From: Candidatus Methanomethylicia archaeon
GTDB lineage: Archaea; Thermoproteota; Methanomethylicia; Culexarchaeales; Culexarchaeaceae
Length of the DNA: 64,000 nt
Direction: 5' to 3'
Assembly (NCBI GenBank): GCA_038727515.1
Contig: JAVYVS010000001.1
Coordinates: 64,001 to 128,000 of the forward strand
Shown here: one piece after another, positions 10,114 to 19,718 of the stretch
Layout: each line of letters opens with the position of its first letter
Position numbering within the stretch: the first letter of the stretch is position 1
Program-made: the position numbers and the translations under genes
The notes under the pieces: model-generated
What the model was told of the DNA's origin: nothing
Database searches by the model: none
The model's input: only the letters and a program-made list of their open reading frames with translations

Positions 10114-11190
10114 CTATAACCTCTTAGCAGCTTCCTTTATTAGGGGATCCATAAATTTATTATCCTCATCTATTATAGAGTGTCTCCTCAAAGTTATTAG
10201 TATATCATGCAATACCCTATCACTTACACCTCTACCTTCAATATCCTCTAAAAACCTTTTAAGCTTACCCCACTCTACAACTTCCTGTGCCAAAGCTCTT
10301 AGAATTACAATATATCTACTCCTACTAACTCTAAATCTAAGGAAGTTTTCAAGCTCCAATCTAGCAAGTTCAATAGCATCATTCCAAATATCCCTATAAC
10401 TTCTTCCACCAAAACACTTTGAATATCCATAATATGTAAGCCACCCTATAATACCATTAAACATATTTACAACTTCTTCAATTTCACTTTTAGGAGGTTC
10501 AACACCATATTCTTCAAAACCCTTAATTAAGAAATCTATAGCCTCCTCCCTCCTCAGTCTCCTAGTTTTAACTTCAAAATATGCTCTTCCAAAGAGGGGT
10601 GCCTTTGGATCCTTTAAAAAGCCATAGAGTACACCCATTTCAGAGCCAGATATTATAAAGGAGAGATTTCTAAGATGATCATATGCATATGCCATGGCAT
10701 TCTGAAGGATTCTACCAACAATGCCAAAAGCATTTTGAATCTCATCAAAAACCACTACAATCTTTGAATTATGTTCATAAGCTGCATCATTAAGTATTGT
10801 GAAAAGCTCCGTTAAAAGAGGTCTATCCCTACCCCAACTAAACTCAACATTAAAACCTGATATACTAACCCCCCTCACAACCCTCAAAAACTTCAATATA
10901 GTTTCCTGAAAACTCTTCCATCTAGACCCCCAAGCCAACAACTCTGATACCCCACTAGATATAAAGCTATACAAATCCCTTCTAGAACCAATTGTACTCC
11001 TCAAATCAACATACATATAAGGAACATTACAATCTTCAAGAACTGACAGTATCAATGAAGTTTTACCAGTCCTCCTCAAACCAGAAACTAGAATTAAAGG
11101 TTGCCCAATAGCATTTCTAAGCCTATGAAATTCATCATCAAAATCATAAATATCCTTCTTCAAACGTTTAGGTCTAGGATCAAAAAGCAC
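10114..11190 (-). CDS. Archaeal AAA ATPase (ATPase_2-like)
   Basis: LFDPRPK N-terminus typical of the family, SGLRRTGKTS, VVFDEIQ, ISGSEMG, LFGR; start at GTG 11190 is estimated. Confidence 0.88.
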   Translation of the reverse strand: MLFDPRPKRLKKDIYDFDDEFHRLRNAIGQPLILVSGLRRTGKTSLILSVLEDCNVPYMYVDLRSTIGSRRDLYSFISSGVSELLAWGSRWKSFQETILKFLRVVRGVSISGFNVEFSWGRDRPLLTELFTILNDAAYEHNSKIVVVFDEIQNAFGIVGRILQNAMAYAYDHLRNLSFIISGSEMGVLYGFLKDPKAPLFGRAYFEVKTRRLRREEAIDFLIKGFEEYGVEPPKSEIEEVVNMFNGIIGWLTYYGYSKCFGGRSYRDIWNDAIELARLELENFLRFRVSRSRYIVILRALAQEVVEWGKLKRFLEDIEGRGVSDRVLHDILITLRRHSIIDEDNKFMDPLIKEAAKRL

Positions 11191-11224
11191 TTTCACACCG
11201 AAAGCAACTTTCATACTGAAAGTT
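11189..11224. promoter_or_regulatory. Tandem palindromic operator-like sites CTTTC-N5-GAAAG at the ATPase start
   Basis: ACTTTCACACCGAAAG (11189-11204) and AACTTTCATACTGAAAGTT (11206-11224), 18-bp period. Confidence 0.55.
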
Positions 11225-11374
11225 AAAAACCTTTCTATCCTATGAGAAGAACGCTTATATACTTTTTATCATAGCTGTGACGAATGATCTATTAAATTTT
11301 TAGAACCCCACCCCTATATCATGCTTAAGCATAATTAATGCTTTATTCGCTTCCTTCAATCCAAATATGTTTAT

Positions 11375-11699
11375 TTACTTCCTTATCAAATTTATAACTA
11401 GTCTCCACCTTTCTCCAAATTTTGTGTTACCTTCGTTAACCCTTATCAGTATATTTATCTCAAAATTGTAGTATCCCGCATCTTCACCATAATACACTGG
11501 CTTCTCATCCATCATCAATGTGGATACACTATACGACTTCACCTTCGATTCATTATGCAACTTCTCCATCCCTTAGACTCAAACCTTTAAACATCTTAAA
11601 AAAGAAGTTCTGTACTGCAAATCCACTATACCTTTAAAACTTAAACTTCTCATACATTCTTAAATTGATCTTCAGTAAAACAATAGATTCATCAAACAT
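11375..11699 (-). pseudogene. cas6: Decayed N-terminal part of a cas6-like gene
   Basis: MFDESIVLLKINLRMYEKFKF*RYSGFAVQNFFFKMFKGLSLRD then frameshift to EKLHNESKVKSYSVSTL, resembling the Cas6 N-terminal G...LH...K.YSVS.L pattern; no Gly-rich C-terminal loop. Confidence 0.55.
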
Positions 11700-11851
11700 A
11701 ACTTCAAAATTGTATGAAAACCACTTTAAATCTTTTATCAAAAAATTTATACTCAAAATTTAACCAAGATTTAGTTTTGGGTACACCTTCACTTAAAGTC
11801 TCACAGCAAGATACTACAATAATACAACAGTCCAGTGGAAGAAGGGCTTTT

Positions 11852-12604
11852 ATGGTAAAACCTGAAGAATATGATGGGAATATAATGGTGGATTTAATCC
11901 GATTGCTGGATGATTTATTTTATAAGGACATAGTGAACTGCAGAAGGTGTGAGTTCTCCCAGCGGGAACCAAAGCATTATAACTCCAAACCTGAGTGGAA
12001 TTTGCCTCCCCAGTTTCAATTTTGGGCTAAAAACAAGTTTCCATGCAAGAAGGATGTATATTACACAATGTATCAGCTCAACCCTACCCGCTGGGTGGAG
12101 CCTAACGTTGTCTTCGTAAGTCTGAGATCCAGCACTGGACATATACCAAGCATATAAGATATCATATTCGCGAACGCTTTGATTAAACACGGTTTAGCGA
12201 AGGAGAGGTTCAACATGGATGGTGACAGGTTCGTCTACTATGAAACCTACGTTTTGGTTACAGATTTAACCTGTTGTAGAGGCCCAGCGAAAGAGATGGT
12301 TGAGGCGAGGCATGTGGAGGCATGCATAGGTCACTTCATTAAGCAACTTGAAATACTCAAGGAGTATTATGGAAAAATCCCGAAGATCATAGCCATTGGC
12401 AAGAGCATAACCGAACCTAAATTGAAACTGGAAAGTGTAAAGAAGTACCTTCAGGAAGTGGGAACTAAAGTCATAGGTACAGTTCCACACTATGGTAGGC
12501 AGAAAAATCCAGAGGAGTACATCAAGAAATTCGACGAAGCCCTAAATAAGAACAGAATTACTTTTAAATCCGTGGATTTCGGCCATCTTCGCAACATAAC
12601 TTAA
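11852..12604 (+). pseudogene. Divergent uracil-DNA-glycosylase-superfamily gene interrupted by one in-frame TAA (12155-12157)
   Basis: ORFs 11714..12157 and 12179..12604 share a frame; CRRC, VTDLTCCRGP, EAC..HF..QL, PKIIAIGK, VPHY parallel family-4 UDG motifs. Confidence 0.65.
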
Positions 12605-13493
12605 TCATGTAAACACGGGAATGATGTTGAAAGTTGGACCAACTTTAAAGCTGGGAAATTTTGGAAAGCATTATACTCAAGGATTGTAGCATGTATGATT
12701 TAATAAATTTACAGTAAGCTATACTTTTACACTAATTAATGAATATTGCAATGACCAGAATGGACGTCGCAACAGCTCATATTGGTGTCGAAAAATCGCC
12801 GCCATATTTTTAAGAGTCGAAATGTTAAAACAAATCTAAGACGATCAAAATGCTTGAATTTGTTTACTGTAATGAATTTCTGGAGGAGGTGGGGGAAATG
12901 TATGATGCCTTTAAAAATTGACTTAAAAGTTTAGAGAGCAATATAAGTGAAAAGATTAAAGAGAGAAGAAGATATCCTGCTTATGTGGATAAAAGTTATT
13001 TGTAGTATGGAAGAATTTTATATACTGAAAAAGGTTAGATATGATACTACCAGAACAGAAGGAAATATGATAATAATTCAGCTAGCCCTTTACAAAATCT
13101 TACCGATCTCTCCAATCCCAATTCGTGTGACGATTCTTGGAGATTGGCAAAAGTGGTATGAAGAAAAAGCGATGATGAAGGAAAAAGCTTCATATCTAAA
13201 TGGAGCCTTCCGACGGAATTAGTGAATTCAAAAGGTCCAAGTTTTATTGGCATAATGAGTGATATCTCGTTTATGAAACGACAGGTATTTCAGAGTCAAT
13301 TGATTTACTTTATGATAAAAGACGAATAAAAATTAGAAAACTCTTCTCTCCATTAAATTTGATAATTATGATTTTTCCAAGATTTTACAAATAACTGAAA
13401 GTCTTTTTGCATGGTCTGAAGATAGTGAAGCTATAGTAAAACTTACTCTCAAAACTTGAACTCTAATCTAAATTTGATCTTAGATTATGCCAT

Positions 13494-13563
13494 AAAACTC
13501 CTTGAACATTCATTTATCCTATACAATTTAGCTTCACAAATTTTCTCAAATTCTGGAATCTTC
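13494..13563 (-). repeat. Degenerate partial copy of the THUMP-SPOUT gene (9366-9453)
   Basis: 54 bp with 4 mismatches, an 18-bp deletion between TTCTC direct repeats, then TTCTGGAATC. Confidence 0.85.
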
Positions 13564-13703
13564 ATTTTAACATTTATGGTGCATTTGTATCCATGTATAG
13601 CTTTAAATATGGTAATCAAATAAAAGTAAAGGATAAATTTTATTTAAATAAATTTATTTGTGGATACTTTCTTAAACAATTAAATATTTGATGGTAAAAT
13701 AAT

Positions 13704-15752
13704 ATGAGTACCCTTAGTTTTTGTCCTAAATGCGAAAGTTTAATGAAGTTTAGAAAGGTGGGAAATAAATTAGAAACTTATTGTACTAGATGTGGATATA
13801 CGAGTATTATTATAGAATTTGAGGAGAGAAAATCTAAAAAGATTGTTGAAATAGATTTAAATGAATTAATGGATGTAATCATTAGAGAGAGAAGTTTTGC
13901 AGTTAAAGATGCTACGAGTATAAGTTATCCTGCTATTATTGTTGATGTTTCACATGGAATAGCCACCATAAAAACAAAGTATGCTACTCATTTTCAATCT
14001 GGAGATCCCATAGGCTTCTATGAAAAAGGTGGCCCAAAATATTTTGGAACAGTAATCGATTCACATCAAGACTTTATAACAGTTTTAACACCAATTGAAT
14101 GGGATGAAATAGAAAAAGAATTATATATTGATATTTTCGATTATGAACCATTAATAAGTTATGATCTTCAATTAAACCTTCTCAAACAGATAAATGGAGA
14201 AGAATCTGAATATTTAAATGTAAAAGTATCAAATGAGAATGCTATTAATCTCGTTTTTAAAAATCTTAGTTTACCAGAATTGAAATATCACAAACTTATG
14301 GATGTAATGGATGTTAGTAAAAGGTTTAAACTTGATAATTCACAGATAAAAGCTGTTGAAGCTGCACTTGCCTTAAACGATAATGAAATACTTTTAATTG
14401 TAGGTCCACCGGGAACTGGTAAAACTAGAGTTATAGCTAAAATAGCTTTCGAATTAATGAAGAGAGGTGAAAAAGTACTAATAACTTCACATACCAATAG
14501 AGCTGTAGATAATGCTGTAGAAAATCTACCTTTAGAGAAAACACTTAGAGTTGGCAGACCAGAAAAAGTTTTAGAAAACATAAAGAAGTACCTACTCAGC
14601 TATAGGGCGAGAGAACGAATAGGTCAAATGATATTGGATTTAGATAATAAATTATATAAATTTTTCAATGAACTACGTAATTTAATTAAAGATTACGAGA
14701 AAATTAAAGATTACAAGAAAAGTAGAAATTATGAAAAGATTGTATTAAGGAATATCTTAAAGAAATATAAATCTCACATTATAGATACCATTAAAAATAG
14801 AAATAAAATGATTAGAGAAGAATGTGAAAAACTAATTGATGAAATTCCGATAATTGGATCTACATTAGTTAAATCACAATTACCACCATTGTGGAACATT
14901 GATTTTGATACTGTAATTATTGATGAAGCTAGTCAAGCATCAATAACATTAGCATTGTTAGCCATGGTTAAAGGTAGGAAGTGGATTTTAGTTGGAGATC
15001 ATAAACAATTACTGCCAATATTTCGAGATAAAAGAGTAAGTAGTATAGAATCAAGAATAAAGTTAAGTGCATTTTCAGGTTTAAAGGAAAAATATGAGCA
15101 TAGACATTTATGGCTGCAAATACATTATAGAAGTCACCCAGACATAATTGGATTCTCAACAAAATATATTTATGAAAACAAAATAAAATGTCATGAAACA
15201 TGTTTAAACCAAACATTAAAATTTGAAAAACCTCCAAAACTAGAATTCCTTACAGAAACAAAACCAGCAGTATTCATCCATGTTAATGGTATAGATGAAG
15301 TGGTGGGGAAATCGAGAAGAAATGAAAAGGAAGTTGAAGTTATATGTGAAATAATAAGAGAATTAATAAATTGTGGGATAAAACCATCAGAAATAGGGGT
15401 AATAAGCCCATTCATAGCACAAACAAAACAAATAATAGAAAAACTACCAAAAACAAAAGAGAAAATAGAAGTAAACACAGTAGATGCATTCCAAGGAAGA
15501 GAAAAAGAAGTAATAATATTCAGCATAACAGACACTACAAAACTAAAATTTCCCTCAGACCCCCATAGACTAAACGTAGCACTCACAAGACCCAGAAAGA
15601 AACTAATAGTCGTAGGAAATGGAAAAGCAATAACAGAAAAAGCAAAAAACACACTACTCCACAAATACCTAGAATACTGCTACACAAAAAACACAATATA
15701 CGACTGGAACAAAAAGATATGGCTACAAAAACAAGAAAAAACTCAAACTTAA
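13704..15752 (+). CDS. Superfamily 1 helicase (UPF1/DNA2/NAM7-like) with N-terminal Zn ribbon
   Basis: FCPKC...CTRC; GPPGTGKT, TSHTNRAVDN, IIDEASQ, VGDHKQL, HYRS, TVDAFQGRE, RLNVALTRP. Confidence 0.93.
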   Translation: MSTLSFCPKCESLMKFRKVGNKLETYCTRCGYTSIIIEFEERKSKKIVEIDLNELMDVIIRERSFAVKDATSISYPAIIVDVSHGIATIKTKYATHFQSGDPIGFYEKGGPKYFGTVIDSHQDFITVLTPIEWDEIEKELYIDIFDYEPLISYDLQLNLLKQINGEESEYLNVKVSNENAINLVFKNLSLPELKYHKLMDVMDVSKRFKLDNSQIKAVEAALALNDNEILLIVGPPGTGKTRVIAKIAFELMKRGEKVLITSHTNRAVDNAVENLPLEKTLRVGRPEKVLENIKKYLLSYRARERIGQMILDLDNKLYKFFNELRNLIKDYEKIKDYKKSRNYEKIVLRNILKKYKSHIIDTIKNRNKMIREECEKLIDEIPIIGSTLVKSQLPPLWNIDFDTVIIDEASQASITLALLAMVKGRKWILVGDHKQLLPIFRDKRVSSIESRIKLSAFSGLKEKYEHRHLWLQIHYRSHPDIIGFSTKYIYENKIKCHETCLNQTLKFEKPPKLEFLTETKPAVFIHVNGIDEVVGKSRRNEKEVEVICEIIRELINCGIKPSEIGVISPFIAQTKQIIEKLPKTKEKIEVNTVDAFQGREKEVIIFSITDTTKLKFPSDPHRLNVALTRPRKKLIVVGNGKAITEKAKNTLLHKYLEYCYTKNTIYDWNKKIWLQKQEKTQT

Positions 15753-15914
15753 TTACTTCCATAATCTTCTTAAATTCACATGAACAACAATAGCTAATAG
15801 TGTTTTCTCATTCTTTACCCTCATCCCATTTCACAAAACATTAAATAGATGTTCACAGTCTTATGATAGAAATATAAGTAATTCATCACCATATAGATTA
15901 TGGAGATAATTTTT

Positions 15915-16106
15915 ATGAATGTAAATATTAGAATTGAGGATCTTAAAGAATCAAATATTAATGATCTCATATATGTTTGCTCCTCTAAAAGGCTTGATGA
16001 TCCAATCCATCAGCAGGGTATGAGATTTAAGAAGCTTTGACTTCTTGAAATACTTAAAAAATATGGTTCCATTGCAAAAATTGCTTACCACAATTCTAAT
16101 ATTTAA
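15915..16106 (+). pseudogene. Truncated N-terminus of a probable GNAT acetyltransferase
   Basis: MNVNIRIEDLKESNINDLIYVCSSKRLDDPIHQQGMRFKKL*LLEILKKYGSIAKIAY with internal TGA, preceded by GGAG RBS. Confidence 0.55.
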
Positions 16107-16166
16107 CGAAGTAGATTTTAAGCTTAAATTGAAGAAGCTTCAAATCATTAATGAAAGAGGGTATAT

Positions 16167-16637
16167 ATGACGAATTACTGGGTTCTATCATCTTATAGTT
16201 TAGATAATATACGGAGAGCTCATGAAAGGTTGATATGGGGCTTTACAGATCCTACAATTAAGAAAGAAGAGAAGTATGCTAAAAATTGGCGGGACTTCAT
16301 TAAATTATACAATAAAATTTCGTTCGGTGACATAATGGCTTTTCAACTCTTTCAGGAAGGAAGATTTTATATTCACGGCTTAGGCGTGGTTCAAGAAAAA
16401 TTTTACGATGACGAGACACCGATATGGGATGATGAGGTCAAATATAGGCGTGTCTTATACCCTTGGAAAGTTAGATTTGGATTAATGCTATACTCAGAGT
16501 CACCTATTACAGAGTTAGCTATACCTACCCATGAATACGTTACAGGCTATGGTATTGGTAAGTTGCCGAGAGGAGACTTAGAAACAATTATTCGGAGTTT
16601 AGAAAAAACCACAGGTTTAAAAGTCAAGTTCATATAA
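16167..16637 (+). CDS. Stand-alone EVE/PUA-like domain protein
   Basis: NYWVL...N......IWGF...ISFGDIMAF...GLGVV....YDDETPIW...YPWKVRF pattern typical of EVE-like domains. Confidence 0.7.
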   Translation: MTNYWVLSSYSLDNIRRAHERLIWGFTDPTIKKEEKYAKNWRDFIKLYNKISFGDIMAFQLFQEGRFYIHGLGVVQEKFYDDETPIWDDEVKYRRVLYPWKVRFGLMLYSESPITELAIPTHEYVTGYGIGKLPRGDLETIIRSLEKTTGLKVKFI

Positions 16638-16784
16638 ATCAATTTAAGAAGTTAAGATCTTTGAAATCCTAAATAAAGAGATTTTGCGGATATAAGCCTA
16701 TAGAGCTCTGCTGGATGACATGGCTCATCCAGCCCGAGGGAAAAAAATGAGGATAGAGAAATATTCAAGCATACCATCAAAGAT

Positions 16785-17642
16785 TTAAGCGTAGAATTTC
16801 TTAGCACTCTCACAGATCTTCGCAATTGGACACTCTTCACAATCAGGGTCTATGTCGTAGCAATAGTCGCGTCCCACAACCCAAAAGATATCATCCAATT
16901 TTACTGGAAGGTCTGGAAAGGCTAGCTTAGAGAATGCGAGTATATCATGGATGTGGTTTGGTAGCTCGCCCCTCCACCCTTCTTCCCCTGGAAACATGCG
17001 GCCGAAAATCCTATTGAAAACTTTGATTACATTAACGTCTATAGGCATATCTGCAAGATTCCCCTCTTTAACATCAAATTCTGGTGACTTTGCCTTCACT
17101 TGGTCAAACCAGGGATGGCATTTGGAAAGACCTAAAGATCTATAAATGAAGTCTTTCGTTGTCATACTAGCCTTTTTAGGACCAATTCCCGCTATTCTCC
17201 TCAATGTGAAGTAGACTTCCAAAGCCGTGTACGGTCTATTCTCAAACATGGTTACTGGAGACTTCCCCTCTTTTTGAAAGAATCTTAGAGCATCTAGTAT
17301 ATCCTCAGAAATTTTATTAATATATCCATCCTGCCCCTCCTTATCCTTCATACGACTAGAACATTTATCTTCAAAAAACTTTCTTAACATCTCTTTATAA
17401 TCAACTTTTAAAAGTCTGGGTAGGTCAAACCCCCCTATCCTATCATTCAACCATGAAGGAAACTCAAAGGCATAACCGTGGAACCCTCGTTCATTGCATA
17501 TCGTGGCTATTAAAGGTGCAAATTCGTTTTGCTCTAAAAGAGGATCATCGGGCCACTCCAAATAAAATTTTTCCCAGATTTCAGCGAGCTTTTCAGCCTT
17601 CTCCTTAATTTCTGAAAAGCTAAAATCTTTTATACTCATCAA
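16785..17642 (-). CDS. HhH-GPD superfamily DNA glycosylase/lyase with [4Fe-4S] motif
   Basis: HhH LRRIAGIGPKKA, catalytic PIDVNV, C-x6-C-x2-C-x5-C (CYDIDPDCEECPIAKIC). Confidence 0.85.
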   Translation of the reverse strand: MMSIKDFSFSEIKEKAEKLAEIWEKFYLEWPDDPLLEQNEFAPLIATICNERGFHGYAFEFPSWLNDRIGGFDLPRLLKVDYKEMLRKFFEDKCSSRMKDKEGQDGYINKISEDILDALRFFQKEGKSPVTMFENRPYTALEVYFTLRRIAGIGPKKASMTTKDFIYRSLGLSKCHPWFDQVKAKSPEFDVKEGNLADMPIDVNVIKVFNRIFGRMFPGEEGWRGELPNHIHDILAFSKLAFPDLPVKLDDIFWVVGRDYCYDIDPDCEECPIAKICESAKKFYA

Positions 17643-17968
17643 GTAACATATAGTAAAGTTTCAATTTAAAGGTTTAATGATATTAGATTTTACGGAAAAT
17701 TTCTGGTTCTGAAAATAATGAGGGAACTGTTTATCAAAGGCTTAATTCTTATTTAAGAACTATTGAAGCTCATGTTTTGCCTCAAAACTCTTTGGATGAG
17801 TCTTGCTGGTTAAATCAATTTCACGGTTTAAATGCTTGCTATGATTATGAGGCTTTAGGAAAAGAATATTGTGGAGGAGGATATAAGTTTCCTACATCAA
17901 TCTTTCCATTGTTTTTAAAGGGCTATTCAGATAAATCTTGAGGTTTTAAATGTTAATTTTAACTCTTT

Positions 17969-19336
17969 TCAGGAGCCTTTTTTAATCCAATTTTCTACGT
18001 CATTTAGTTTGTTATTTATGTATCTGATTTTTATGTCTTCTCCATCTCTCTTCACTTCAACCATAGTGCTTTCAAAACCTGAATGTGCAAAGAAGTCTCT
18101 TACAATTTCCTTACTTCCTTTTGCTTCAATAACCTTGCTATACACAGTCCAATCGTTGGGTATTTTTTCTTTATTCGCCTTTATTTCATTTACATCACGT
18201 TTCAAAAATCTACAGTTTAAACTTAAGTTTAATTCTTTGTATAGTGGGATAAATTCTGATAATATGCCACATATGTTTGGTTCATCTTCTTTAACCTTGT
18301 CTTTAAGTTTATTTTTTATGAATGTGTATATCGCCATTGAATAGAAGATGTTAATTAATTCTTTGTCTTTAACAGTATATGTGTAAATCTTATTTTCATT
18401 TTTATTGATTTTTGGTTTAATTATTCCTTCACATTTTTCCGTGAAGAATTCTATTAAATCATCTTCTAAACTTTCAATTTTAAAGTCTAAATTTATCATT
18501 TTTTGATTATTGTTTTTACGGGTATAGAAAGCTAGTGGTGTATTATATTTTATTGAATTGAAAGCTAATGTAAAAATGTCTAGGAAATTTCTCAAGTTTT
18601 CCCTTAAATACTCAGTTTCTTTGCCGATTTTCATTCTCAAATTTTCATCAACTTCAATGTAGTATTCAGGTTTACAAATCTCATCTATTCTTCTACCTCT
18701 AATTGGAGATTCAAAGAAAGCTTTAACATCATATTCACATAAATGTATCCTGTATTTATCCTTTTTTAAACCTTTTATAATAGGCTCTGAAACAGCATAT
18801 TTAGCTTTAATTCCACGTTTTTGAAGCTTCCTCTTAACAATTATTGCTCTTAAAGCTTCAAGAAGTGTGGATACATACAAATTGTATCCAGTGGAGATAT
18901 CGGCGATAATCATTAATTCATCATCAATATTCCTTTCATGTTTCAACATTTCGAAAAACAATTGGAGTTGAATATTGTTTGGAGCACTTTCAAATTCAAA
19001 TTCTACATCTCCAATCCTATATCTACCAATGGAATTAACGATGATAACATCAAAATTTCCACATTTAGAATAACTTGAAATCTTGTCTTTAAAAATCTCC
19101 TTAATCTTATTTTCATTGAAATCATACAATAAACTTTTATCTTCAACCATGCTGCAAGGACAGATATAGAAGACTTTAACATCAAAATCCTTTTTCATGT
19201 AATATGAAGCTAGAGCGTCTGAAGATAGGTAAACATCGTTTTCCTCATGGCCATCAACAATATAAGAAACCTTTTCATATCGAGCAATATCCCCAAGAAC
19301 CTTATAAATATAAAGAGTTTTCTCAGGTTTAGACAC
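17969..19336 (-). CDS. csx1: Csx1 CARF-HEPN cOA-activated RNase
   Basis: N-terminal CARF (LGD...Y; DISTGYN), HEPN RDFFAHSGF, CRISPR context. Confidence 0.92.
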   Translation of the reverse strand: MSKPEKTLYIYKVLGDIARYEKVSYIVDGHEENDVYLSSDALASYYMKKDFDVKVFYICPCSMVEDKSLLYDFNENKIKEIFKDKISSYSKCGNFDVIIVNSIGRYRIGDVEFEFESAPNNIQLQLFFEMLKHERNIDDELMIIADISTGYNLYVSTLLEALRAIIVKRKLQKRGIKAKYAVSEPIIKGLKKDKYRIHLCEYDVKAFFESPIRGRRIDEICKPEYYIEVDENLRMKIGKETEYLRENLRNFLDIFTLAFNSIKYNTPLAFYTRKNNNQKMINLDFKIESLEDDLIEFFTEKCEGIIKPKINKNENKIYTYTVKDKELINIFYSMAIYTFIKNKLKDKVKEDEPNICGILSEFIPLYKELNLSLNCRFLKRDVNEIKANKEKIPNDWTVYSKVIEAKGSKEIVRDFFAHSGFESTMVEVKRDGEDIKIRYINNKLNDVENWIKKGS

Positions 19337-19409
19337 ATAAAAATTAGTAAAACTAAAATTTAAAATTTTTTAACTTAAAATTAAATAAACAAATATGGGG
19401 TAGAAGATT

Positions 19410-19718
19410 GTGAATGATTTAAATTGGTTGGTAATAGAAGGAGATGAAATTAAGTTTAATTTAACTCCAAATCAATCAATAACCCCAGACAGTTTACCTA
19501 AAGCAGTTGAAATAGTGTATAATCATTTCAGCATAAATAAAGTTGATTTGATAAAGGTTAGTGGGAGAGGTCCCATATGGCTTTATAGTGCCGTGGTCCA
19601 TGCAGTCGCCCACTTAGCTAAGGCAATAGCAGTTTACGATGCAATAAACAATTGTTACATAGTTGTTGTAAGTCATCACCCAAAATATGAAATTGGGCAA
19701 ATCATAGAGAAATCATAA
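19410..19718 (+). CDS. csx3: Csx3/Crn3 ring nuclease
   Basis: ~100 aa, SGRGPIWLY...H...AVYD...VVVSHH. Confidence 0.85.
   Translation: MNDLNWLVIEGDEIKFNLTPNQSITPDSLPKAVEIVYNHFSINKVDLIKVSGRGPIWLYSAVVHAVAHLAKAIAVYDAINNCYIVVVSHHPKYEIGQIIEKS

Noticed and set aside
12947-13330. ORFs 12947..13222 and 13047..13253, and an Asp-box-like RKSDDEGKSF in another frame
   Set aside because: Multiple stops and no convincing family; probably decayed DNA
17687-17941. Open frame of ~84 codons between the glycosylase and csx1
   Set aside because: No start or RBS at its beginning and no recognisable motif
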